Virus record (IMG/VR): IMGVR_UViG_3300017917_002466
Coordinates: 124,001 to 188,000 of that record
DNA: 64,000 bases
Strand: one strand, 5' to 3'
Below, in pieces: positions 9,198-19,032 of the stretch (its first letter is position 1; every line of letters starts with the position of its first letter). A program made the translations under genes and the position numbers. Under the pieces are notes generated by a model. It had not been told where the DNA came from, ran no database searches, and was given only the letters and a program-made list of their open reading frames with translations.

Positions 9198-9515
9198 TCA
9201 AGTCCCTTCTTCAACGGAGAAAGCCATCAGAATCTTGTTCACCTGTTCACTGGTGATGCTTCCAAAGTCAAGCCCTCGGTCATAGTTGAACAAGAGCTTT
9301 TCACGATAGAAGCCAGGCCAAACATTTGTCTTGGAAATAATCAATTTGGAAACCCGACCTTCGTTGATACCGAAGATTGAGGGGTTTACATAGACCTTGG
9401 ATTGAAACCAATGTCCATCAACCTGACCCGTGACCCAGTTGCCTGAGCTTTCGGTGACTTCCACACCCTCAACCTGTTGATAGGAACCTACATAATCATT
9501 AAGATAGTTAATCAT
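9198..9515 (-). CDS. hypothetical protein
   Basis: S.FGINEGRVSKL motif; own promoter. Confidence 0.6.
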   Translation of the reverse strand: MINYLNDYVGSYQQVEGVEVTESSGNWVTGQVDGHWFQSKVYVNPSIFGINEGRVSKLIISKTNVWPGFYREKLLFNYDRGLDFGSITSEQVNKILMAFSVEEGT

Positions 9516-9574
9516 TTTGTTTTCCTTTCTGTACATTCAATATACATCAAGAAGACTGTTTTATCAAGCACATT

Positions 9575-9796
9575 TCAATCATATTCAGGAACTTCAAAAT
9601 CTTTGCGATCATCATATCCGCCGCCGTGAAACAACTGAGCACAATCCTCACAACAAAAATCCTGATCTTTGTCGGAAGGCTCAAATTCACATCCGCACCA
9701 CCGGCACACTCTTTTCTCATCTTTCCAAGCTTCTGGGCATCCTTGTTCGTGACAAAGTAATCCATTGATAACAAGAGATTCACAAGATGAACACAT
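9575..9796 (-). CDS. Cys-rich zinc-binding protein, paralog of 17633..17811
   Basis: MC.SCE.LVING.LCHE.GCP.AW shared. Confidence 0.7.
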   Translation of the reverse strand: MCSSCESLVINGLLCHEQGCPEAWKDEKRVCRWCGCEFEPSDKDQDFCCEDCAQLFHGGGYDDRKDFEVPEYD

Positions 9797-12163
9797 ATTA
9801 AATGATCTCCATTTCTAGAGAATCTTCCATCGCGCTGATGGTCGCCATCTCGGTCAGCCACTCATCGTCGTCCCAACGTCCGTCTTCCTCGGTCACGACC
9901 ACGTTTAGATTCTCGTTCATATTCCCTCCCTTTCTGTACTTCTAATATACATCAAAGGAACGGATTTGTCAAGTCCTAATCTTCGTAATCTTGAAGAAAG
10001 CCATCCAGATGCCAAGCCTCAATACAGGCCCGAACTGGGGCAGACTTCTGACCACGCCAAGAAATGCCGGCTTCAGTCAAGTCGATTTGTGCATCCCATT
10101 CACCTTCGTTGGCCAATTCAATGGCCTGCTTGGCAAGGCCGAACACACATCCGGGAAGCGGCGGGTAGTGGTTGGACTGAAGGTGCCAACGAAGTGCAAT
10201 GTCGGCATCAGTCAGTTCAAGCATTGATTCAAGTCCCATTCGGCCCATTATCCATTCTCCCTGTTCATTTTGACGCACTCGTCCTGCACCACCGGATGCC
10301 AGACTCCAGAAATCTCGGTGAGGGGCTTATAGTTCTCTCTGGCCCACTTGCGGAACTCGACTTCTTCTGCTGCGGTCAATTCACGAAAGAGTATCATATC
10401 TTATCTCCCTTCCTTTCTCCTGTAACTCAGCACAACATTATTATAACATTGCCCGCATCGAGATTTAAGATCAACCAATTCGCCTTGGTTAGACATTGAA
10501 AATATAATGAACTCAAACGGAACCCATCTTTTACATTCGGCACATTGAACATATATGTGTTTGTTCGTTATCATAAGAATAATATACATCAAAGAGGCTG
10601 GTTTGTCAAGCTCTATCTTCATCTTTGTTTTAACATCTATTTAATCGTTTAAGAAGACAGGCAAAAAGAAAGGGAAGGTAATAACATACCTTCCCAATCA
10701 ATCTGAACCGGAGATGTTGTATAAAGTCTTAACCCCGAACAAGCATACGCATTTTGATCGCGTAAACAGTTTGTGGTCGAATTCCAGTCTTCCGAGCAAT
10801 CTCCGAATCCGACATATTGCTGTTGACGAGCAGGGTCCGAACATACGCGGAACGGGAACGATACTTTACGACACCAATCTTCTTCGCCTTCATCTGAACA
10901 CCTTTCGTTAAGGATTGTTTGTCTTGCTTACACATCTAATATACTCAAAAGAAACTGATTTGTCAAGCCCTATCAGTTCATTTCAAAAGAAATATCGGCA
11001 TCAGCACGGAATGAACCATCAACATAATCACCATCAGGAAGGGGAATAGTCTCATCTTCTTCCGCAATCCGAATAGCATCTTCAAGACATTTTGCTTCGA
11101 CGGTTACAACACCGTACATTTCCCAAGAAACCGCAACATTGAATTTTGCCATCTTGTCTCTCCCTTTGTTTGTTGTTTCCCCTACCGACACATATAATAT
11201 ACAAAGAGAATACTGATTTGTCAAGTCCCTAATTGAAGTTTCTTACAGGATCGCCATAACTATAAAAGAAATAATGACTACTACAACAAATGCAAAAACT
11301 AATCCACCTAAATCACAAATTATTGACCATAACAACCAAAGAAGTTTAACTGCTGCCACAAGCAGAATAAGCCCACCAATAATAACCGCAGCAAAAGTAA
11401 GCAATGTAGTTACCATTCATTTCTCCTTTGATGTTTAATTTTACGAGAATACTTGGTCTTATCACGCATTACTTGACCTTGCTTTTGACCACGCAGCTTT
11501 AAAATAAGAACTCCATTAATAGAGACTAAACCACCGTAAGTATATTTTGAGGACTTCATTTTTCTTTCCTTCTTTCGCATATTCAATATACATTAAAAAT
11601 ACTGATCTGTCAAGCCTTATGTTTCAATGGTGAAAAGTTCTCTCTAATGTATTTGATTTTGTTTTGAATCTCATCAAAACTATTTCCACAAAAAGTTGCA
11701 CCTGTACGATTACAATTAAACGTACATAGTGAAAATTTTTCACTGTAAAACATTCCTATGAATTCTACATCTTCAAATTCATTGGCTAAATCTTTGCCCA
11801 ACTCTTCAAGCATCTTCAATCTCCTTCAAGGTATAGAATCTATATTATATCATCTTGCGGGCGCTTTGACAAGTATTTATACAAGAAGGGATTGTATTCT
11901 CTCTTCCTCACATCTAATATACTCACGAAATACCGTCTTGTCAAGCCCTATTTTTTATTAAAGAAAGGGCTTGACTTTATAGCTTCTATAGCTTATATTA
12001 AAGGTGTGGCAAGGCCAGCGAACGGGGAGGTCGTCTTTAAGTTTAAGCGATTAAATAAGAGTTCTATTTAAGCGATTCAAATTCAATCGTAGGCTTTAGG
12101 TGAGGGATTACTAGGGATAGCTTCTTAACCTGTCTTCTTAAGCGATTAAACGATGATTAAAAC

Positions 12164-12264
12164 TATAAATACTGTTGTAGTAGGGAGACAGAGGAGTCGA
12201 CACCTTTTCTCAACCATACTTGAGATTATCCCTACTTAATCTACTTAACCTGTATGGAGGGAAT
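12164..12264 (+). ncRNA. TATAAATA promoter plus structured pseudoknot leader RNA, copy 1
   Basis: P1 agtaggga/tccctact; P3 tctcaa-ccatac-ttgaga; loop pairs with gtatgg overlapping the SD. Confidence 0.75.
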
Positions 12265-12957
12265 ATGCAAAAACTTTCTAAAGAAGATTTCATTTCCAAG
12301 GCTAATCAAATCCACCAAAATCGTTTTGATTATTCAAAAGTTGAATACTACGATAATAAAACTAAGGTTTGTATTATTTGCAAAGAACATAAAGAGTTCT
12401 ATCAACAACCAAGCAAACATCTTCTTGGTCAAGGTTGTCCAATATGTTCAGACCAAAAATTAACATTAGATAAGTTTATTTCAAAAGCAAATCAAACTCA
12501 TAACTTCTATTACGATTATTCTGAAGTTGTTTATGTTAACTGGAAAACTAAAATTTGTGTGGTATGTCCAGCACACGGAAAGTTCTGGCAAAGACCAGAT
12601 GTTCATTCGTCTGGTCAAGGATGTCCTATATGTAAATCTTCAAAAGGCGAAAAAGAAGTTGAAAAATGTTTAACCAACAAAGGAATTACATTCATTCCAC
12701 AAAAACGATTTGAAGATTGTCGTGGTAAAGTCAAACCTTTACCTTTTGACTTTTACTTACCAGAACATAATATTTGTATTGAATACCAAGGTAAACAACA
12801 CTACCTAAAAGAAAGTAAGTTCTATTCGGAAGAACTTTTACAGAATGATAAAACAAAAGCCCAGTATTGTTTCGATAACAACATTAGGCTTATCGTGATC
12901 CCATATTGGGAAGACGTTTATAAATGTCTACGATTTTTTGGTAGCGAAAGAGGTTGA
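12265..12957 (+). CDS. free-standing endonuclease (two zinc-ribbon repeats plus DUF559/Vsr-like PD-(D/E)xK domain)
   Basis: FISKANQIH...YDYS...C..H...GCPIC repeats; PFDFYLP...IEYQGKQH; GGAGG RBS. Confidence 0.8.
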   Translation: MQKLSKEDFISKANQIHQNRFDYSKVEYYDNKTKVCIICKEHKEFYQQPSKHLLGQGCPICSDQKLTLDKFISKANQTHNFYYDYSEVVYVNWKTKICVVCPAHGKFWQRPDVHSSGQGCPICKSSKGEKEVEKCLTNKGITFIPQKRFEDCRGKVKPLPFDFYLPEHNICIEYQGKQHYLKESKFYSEELLQNDKTKAQYCFDNNIRLIVIPYWEDVYKCLRFFGSERG

Positions 12958-13092
12958 CTTTAAAAAAACATTAAATCCTTTCTGTAAAGAAATGAAAGGG
13001 CTCTGGTCGCTTGGCGTCCGTGGCCCCTTCCCCCAATTTACCAACCCATTGACTTGATACATACAATATATATCAAAAAAAGTTGTTTTGTC

Positions 13093-13190
13093 AAATGGAA
13101 TTTGTTTATGTAAAGATTGTCATAAAAAATTTCACAGTATGTTTGGTATAAAACATACTGTAAAATCTATGATAGACGATTTTTTAAAAA
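13093..13190 (+). pseudogene. HNH endonuclease C-terminal remnant
   Basis: Translates NGICLCKDCHKKFHSMFG, similar to the end of 24660..25343. Confidence 0.7.
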
Positions 13191-13457
13191 CTACCAACCC
13201 ATCGACTTAACCATCTCACGACATTTGATTTGAGCAGGAGTATATTCGAGGTCTTTCTTCCATTCACCAGTCGTCTTGTCTCTATAGGCGATAATATCGC
13301 TGGTATACACACTTCCGCACTCCGTCTCAAAGCCATAGACCCGACAGATGGTCGTGGAACCACGGGCTGAACCAAGAACGTCGGCTTCCCAGCCGTTGCG
13401 CTGCATCACCCGAAAGCCCTTCTTGTTCTTCGCATCCCACAGTTCGGCAGTCTTCAT
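13191..13457 (-). CDS. hypothetical protein
   Basis: ORF MKTAELWD with own promoter. Confidence 0.6.
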   Translation of the reverse strand: MKTAELWDAKNKKGFRVMQRNGWEADVLGSARGSTTICRVYGFETECGSVYTSDIIAYRDKTTGEWKKDLEYTPAQIKCREMVKSMGW

Positions 13458-13540
13458 TCCCCATCCCTTCGTTAAATGTTTGTTTCTCTCACCTACACAT
13501 TTAATATACAACAGAAAAGGGATTTTGTCAAGCCCTATAT

Positions 13541-13909
13541 TCACCACGAAGACTGGTAGATACAAGGCTTGTTTGCGGCGATGGCATTGTCCAGAATCTT
13601 CAAGGTGGACTCCAAGTCCTGAATGTAGTATTCGTCATAGTCCGTTCCACCGAAGAAAAATCCGCCCTGAGTAGGAAGCATTTTTTCCGCCAGAGAGAAG
13701 TCGCTCTTCTTGGCAGCGGCCAAGACCTTGTTGACGGTTGAACGAAGGGACTTCAGCTTGGTGACAGAGACGAGGGACCCCTGGCATTCGTCAATACCCT
13801 TCTGGCAGTTCTGTACGAACCATTTGTGAATTGCGTTGGCCTTGCGCCAATATCCGACATTAACGTTCTGGCCATTCACATTGCGGAACAAATACATATC
13901 CAGACCCAT
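13541..13909 (-). CDS. conserved phage hypothetical protein
   Basis: MGLDMYL, YWRKANAIH.WF, LPTQ.GFFFG and YQSSW family motifs. Confidence 0.75.
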   Translation of the reverse strand: MGLDMYLFRNVNGQNVNVGYWRKANAIHKWFVQNCQKGIDECQGSLVSVTKLKSLRSTVNKVLAAAKKSDFSLAEKMLPTQGGFFFGGTDYDEYYIQDLESTLKILDNAIAANKPCIYQSSW

Positions 13910-14234
13910 ACGCCTCCCTTATGTTGATTGTTTCTTTTCCCTACATATCTAATATACATCAAGGAAATTGTTTTGTCAAGCCTTAATTACGAAAAGAATC
14001 AACTCGCATTAGTTGATCTTTTCAAGAGAAAATGTTTCGCCTTCATAAACATATTTCAACTGAACATCTTCTGCTTCTGCTCTTGTCAAGATTTTGGGGT
14101 TTGCACCCTTTGCACCCTTTGCAACATAAATCGGCATCCCTTGAACAGTTCCCTCAAAGACCCAAACTTTCCCCTCTGCATCTGTTACCTTTGCAATGTA
14201 TAATTCTTTCATATTTGTTTTTCCCCATCCTCTC

Positions 14235-14645
14235 TTAATTTGTTTTTCCATAGTTGTCAAGGAATTTTTGAATTGCAGGAAGAAGAACATTATGAAAAGA
14301 ATCAACGATTATTTTAGCCGATTCATAATCTGGTGCTAAGTCTTCATTAGTCACGACGAATCCTGCATCCATATTGGACTGACCTTGATTAAAAATATTT
14401 ATAAAGACTTCCTTTGCCATTTGAAGAACAATATCGTCATCTTCATTAATGTTTGAATTAACAAGATTGGTTTTGAAAAACATATCTGCTTCCCAATCTT
14501 CTTTGGCGGCATTATATTCTTTTTGAACAAAAGTGTCAAAAGAAATTTTTTCATTGAGGGTTTTTTCAATATCATAATGCATTGAATGAAGTTCTTTCAA
14601 ACCAATATCATCAATCCATTCGATAAGACTGGGGAACTGAATCAT
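14235..14645 (-). CDS. hypothetical acidic protein
   Basis: 136 aa; GGAGG RBS; own promoter. Confidence 0.6.
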   Translation of the reverse strand: MIQFPSLIEWIDDIGLKELHSMHYDIEKTLNEKISFDTFVQKEYNAAKEDWEADMFFKTNLVNSNINEDDDIVLQMAKEVFINIFNQGQSNMDAGFVVTNEDLAPDYESAKIIVDSFHNVLLPAIQKFLDNYGKTN

Positions 14646-14715
14646 ATTTCCTCCCTCGTTAATGTTGTTCTTTCAACACATATAATATACAACAAGAACT
14701 GAAAAAAGTCAATCC

Positions 14716-15066
14716 CTATTTGACATTATCAAATTTTACCATAGCTGCATTTTTGCTATTAAAAGACCAGGCCCAATCACCAAACGATTCATTACCTGGA
14801 AACATTTCCGAAGGTGGATAATTATATACTTGACCTTTCTTTTTACCGTGCTTTTGAATCAATGAATATCCTTTTTGAACCTTAATCAAAAAGACTTCGT
14901 ATCCGACAGTCTTGCCGACCTCTCCATTGATTTCTTTTTCTATCTTTTGTTCGTAGACAGCTGCCTTGTCTGAACGACAGACCTGAACGTATTCGTATCC
15001 GTTCTTGGACTTCGTCTGAGGCAGCTTCTCGTAGGTCTTTGGGGCAGGTGCTTTGGTTCGTGCCAT
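14716..15066 (-). CDS. hypothetical protein
   Basis: GYEVF and E.FP.NE.FG.WAW; own promoter. Confidence 0.65.
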   Translation of the reverse strand: MARTKAPAPKTYEKLPQTKSKNGYEYVQVCRSDKAAVYEQKIEKEINGEVGKTVGYEVFLIKVQKGYSLIQKHGKKKGQVYNYPPSEMFPGNESFGDWAWSFNSKNAAMVKFDNVK

Positions 15067-15178
15067 TGTTCTTTCTCCCTTCCCTAATAATATACATCAC
15101 GGACGAAGGATTGTCAAGCCCTAAAAAAATGAATATGCCGCCAGTTTGGAATCCTTTCAGTTAAAGTTATCTTCTTTC

Positions 15179-15502
15179 CTATATAAAATTGACAATTCTT
15201 GAAATTCGATTTCGATAAACTTCGGTCTCAGTTATCGTTCTCTTTTTGCAATCTACGGTCACAAGGTATTCAATGTCTCCGTGCATATTGGTTCCGATGC
15301 CGTAGCCAGTCTCGCCAGCCTCATCGCCGCGAACCATCTCACAGAAGATGATGCGAGCAAGATATTCAGGATCATCCTGGCGGCCCTTCCCAACAGGACT
15401 GTTGACAGCCTTCACAACCTTATCCATCAGATTGTCGCCATCCCAATGCTGGTACAGATAGACACCTTCATCCTTGATAAACACCTGCGCTCTTGTTCCC
15501 AT
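15179..15502 (-). CDS. conserved phage hypothetical protein
   Basis: MGTRA, YLYQHWDG and HGDIEY motifs. Confidence 0.7.
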   Translation of the reverse strand: MGTRAQVFIKDEGVYLYQHWDGDNLMDKVVKAVNSPVGKGRQDDPEYLARIIFCEMVRGDEAGETGYGIGTNMHGDIEYLVTVDCKKRTITETEVYRNRISRIVNFI

Positions 15503-15552
15503 TGTTTTCCTCTCTTTCTATACAGATAATATACATCAAGGAAATTATTTTG

Positions 15553-15858
15553 TCAAGACCTTTTATTTCCACATTGACCACAGTAATTATCTTTGTCATT
15601 AAAAGCGTTTCCGCAATTACGACAATAATTATCTTTCTTACAATTTTTCACGGGAGTTGTAGCCAATGTACTTATTAATCCTTCATCTCTTGCTTCGTCA
15701 ATATGCCTGCAATTTTTACGATATTCAAATCCTCTACAATCACAAGTAATAACACCATCAACAAACTTAATAGTATAATCATTTCCACTGTATGAATGAC
15801 ATATAATCTCATGACATTCATCATTCATTATCAATTCAAAATCATCTTTAAAACTCAT
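15553..15858 (-). CDS. SWIM zinc finger plus zinc ribbon protein
   Basis: TCDC.GF.YR..CRHI; C-terminal CxxC...CxxC. Confidence 0.7.
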   Translation of the reverse strand: MSFKDDFELIMNDECHEIICHSYSGNDYTIKFVDGVITCDCRGFEYRKNCRHIDEARDEGLISTLATTPVKNCKKDNYCRNCGNAFNDKDNYCGQCGNKRS

Positions 15859-17418
15859 TGGGTAACCTTTCGTTTATATTCCACAATATTCACATGATCC
15901 ATTGATATGAAACAAATGATAATTTCTCTCAGTGATATATCCGTAATCATACATGCCATGTTTAACAGGAACCATAAACTTATTAGGTCGAGTTTTCCAA
16001 GTCTTCACTTTGCCGTTGACTCTCCAACGAACACAAGTACCATCAGCATTCATTTCATCATTCATCGCGAGAACATCATGATAATGAAGATTTTTAGCTT
16101 TATCAATTGTCAATGCAACCATCTTATTCCTCGCCTTCTATTCTGTCAATGTTGATTTCTTGTTCATCATTGTTAGTATCATTTTCGATACCGGCAACTT
16201 CACAAAGAGAATCCCAGACTCCAATTTCGATAGCATAATCTGTTAAATCACTTTTACGAAGTACCATATTGTTTCTCCCTTCAACAATAATATACAACAA
16301 AACATCCGATTTGTCAAGCCCTAAAATCTCTCGACAACCGTAAAGTGATCACCTTTCCCTCTTGCGGCGATCTCAGGCAATTGTTTTTCGCAACCAGCCA
16401 GAGTCCTGAAGCCTGACCAATCCATCTCGTCATAAAGAATAAGGAAGTTTGCGCTCTCAACATTTCCCCTTGGTTCACTTACCTTAATGAACGAACCAAA
16501 ATGTTCCTGACAGTAGATTAATTGGTCCATGATGTTTAGCCTTTCATTAGTTAGTTATCTTACGCCTGTAGTATCCATACGGAACTGACATATCAGGAGT
16601 ATTGACTTTATTACCAAAAAGCTGTTCACCTACACTCTTCCATTTTCTGTAGATCGGTTCATTGCGAACCATCAAAGACACATCATCACCCTTGACAATT
16701 ATCTCCCCAATGTTCAACAGACGATAACCCTCGCCAGGATAAACCACTTCGTAAAAGAAAGCTTTCATAGTTCACATACTCCAATAGGTTTCGGATGAAG
16801 GATCGCAACACAAGGGAGTGTTTACGGGCTGTGTGAATTCTTTGCCACTTATCAAATTCTTTTTTGTCACCTGCTTTTCGATTTTAGTATGAAAGATAGA
16901 TTCGTCTTCGATAGCATAATCGTCTTTATTTGTTAAAACTATTCCCATATCATTAAACTCTCTTTTCATAACACGAGTCATGAATCCCTTTGCAGTTCTT
17001 TTAAATGTAAACCTTTTGGGATTTAATGAACCACCTAATAGTCTTGTAGTCTTTTTATTGTATATGATATACATATTAAATCCTTTCTATGCATTTAATA
17101 TAATACATAAAAGAAGAAAAGTCAAGCCCTATTTTAATCTATTTAATAAATCAATTGCTTGCTGTTGATACTTTTCAACTTTATTAAAATTATCTGTGAT
17201 AAAGAAATAATCGGTTCCGGTGTTTCCTAATACACATGAACTATCCATCCAATATGAATATCCATCCGAGTCTGTATAAGACCAATAAAATCCATCAGAA
17301 GTCTTTATACTTAGGCTAACTCTTTTTGAATATTCCCATTCACTTTTGTCTCTATTCCATTGACGAGTAAATACATTATTCTTTGTAAAGACTAAATCAG
17401 TTATATTGTAATTCATAA

Positions 17419-17622
17419 TCAATCCTCCTTAAAAAACTTTTTTGTTTTATTCCTCGGCAATTCGTTCCAATTTCTTACCGCTATTTTATGATCAAATTCG
17501 TCTGCGTGTTCGTCATTACGACCATTATTTTGTTTGGGACCAGTCATCAAACACACATTACATTCGACATAAACATAACGATCATTCAGATCAGTACTAC
17601 CACAATTAGGACAAGGTTTCAT
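17419..17622 (-). CDS. Lar-like restriction alleviation zinc ribbon protein
   Basis: MKPCPNCGS, VECNVC, A...WN pattern. Confidence 0.55.
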   Translation of the reverse strand: MKPCPNCGSTDLNDRYVYVECNVCLMTGPKQNNGRNDEHADEFDHKIAVRNWNELPRNKTKKFFKED

Positions 17623-17632
17623 TTGATTTCTC

Positions 17633-17811
17633 CTAGCTGTTATGATTATAATAACAATCATCAGAACAACAAGTTTGATTATTAGATTCTGGCTTAAAAT
17701 CACAACCACACCAAAGACAATTACGAACTTCATTCATCCATGCATCAGGACAACCATGTTCATGACAAAGAACACCATTAATAACGAGAGTTTCACATGA
17801 TCGACACATAG
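17633..17811 (-). CDS. Cys-rich protein, paralog of 9575..9796
   Basis: MCRSCETLVINGVLCHEHGCPDAW. Confidence 0.65.
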
Positions 17812-17869
17812 ATTGTTTTATCCTTTCTGTATATCTAATATACATCAGAATGATTATTATGTCAAGCCC

Positions 17870-18590
17870 TATTTTCTTTTATTTGGGGCTTGACAATATT
17901 AAGCCCGTGTTGTATATTATAATCATAGGGTGACGAAAGTCATCAGAAGAGGCCAAGGGCGAGGGTAGCCCGCCCAGCCGGAGACGGGTTTAAGCGCTTA
18001 AACAAAGGCCCTCAAAAATCCTCCCTCACCAAACCCCTATTTAAACGCTTCAAATTCCATCGTAGATAGGAGCCTTTGTTGCCCCTATAAGGCCCCCTGC
18101 TACAGGATCAAACCTAGTGTCTATTTAAGCGGTTTGAATCAATTCCCATTGACACAATGTGGCGAGGCTGTGACACATCAAAATTGGGCTTAAGCGGTTA
18201 GCCTATTTAAACGATTAACAAAAAAAGAAAGGGCTTGACAAACACTCTGCTATGATGTATATTAATAGTACTGGAAGCCTCCAGCGAACGGGGAGATCGC
18301 TCTTTGATTTAACCGCTTAAATGAATGCTTAAGTTTCTTCGCCTTTGTCAATCCTTTTAGTCAATCTTCTCTGTCAATTTATCCCCTCTGAAACAGCTAA
18401 ATATAATCTCTCATTATCCCCTATGAAAACAAGCCCTATTATCCCCTCTGAAATATCCCCCAAAGGCTCATTGACAATTACCTTCTAATATGTTATCTTG
18501 TATTATAGGTGGTGAAAGAGCCTATCCGAGCGTTTGCGGGCTTATGGGGGCTCTAGTACCCACGTATTTAAGCCCTTAAAAAGGAGCCTT
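17870..18590. promoter_or_regulatory. divergent non-coding control region with plus-strand promoters, palindromic sites and direct repeats
   Basis: TTGACA promoters at about 17890, 18235, 18471; TTTAANCGNTTAAA-like sites; three ttatcccct[ca]tgaaa repeats at about 18379-18454. Confidence 0.65.
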
Positions 18591-18595
18591 GACAG

Positions 18596-18865
18596 ATGAT
18601 GAAACTAGTCCATTCCTTCTTGCGATTCATATGGAGTAACCTCATAGGCATTCTCAGTTGGCTATGGTTGATATGGGTGACTGCAAGCCTATTGGATATG
18701 GGAAGCAGGCTTGACAAATTAGAGAAGCAAAATGGGCTTATCTTAGAATGGATATTGATGCAGGGGCAAGATGTTGGAAAGCTTAAACAGGCTCCGAATG
18801 AATCCGATACATCACAAGTCCCATATGGAAATTCGGATAGATGGAAAGGCTTAAATTGGCTTTAA
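18596..18865 (+). CDS. membrane-anchored hypothetical protein
   Basis: N-terminal hydrophobic helix followed by short coiled coil. Confidence 0.55.
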   Translation: MMKLVHSFLRFIWSNLIGILSWLWLIWVTASLLDMGSRLDKLEKQNGLILEWILMQGQDVGKLKQAPNESDTSQVPYGNSDRWKGLNWL

Positions 18866-19032
18866 GCATATGGAAATGTGGATGGATGGAAAGAGTTTGG
18901 GAGGCTTGATTAAGCCCACAACGAGAGAGTGAATAGGCCCTATCTTTATTAAAGTGGGAGATTGTGGGATAAAGTGGGCCTTCGTGGGGAAATCTGGATA
19001 GAAAATCAATAGCTTACGCGGGAGCCTTCCTT

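Larger units (their letters stand above)
1140..17870 (-). promoter_or_regulatory. series of roughly 25-30 near-consensus sigma70-type early promoters, about one per small gene
   Basis: + strand pattern aatata...N17...(t/a)gtcaa(gcc) at about 1143, 1734, 3183, 3481, 4031, 4536, 4782, 7698, 7941, 8366, 9172, 9943, 10581, 10938, 11195, 11585, 13503, 13951, 15088, 15528, 16289, 17097, 17837. Confidence 0.85.

Noticed and set aside
12220-12264. TTG start at 12220 for the endonuclease
   Set aside because: Lies inside the leader RNA; ATG 12265 has a GGAGG SD and matches the other copies
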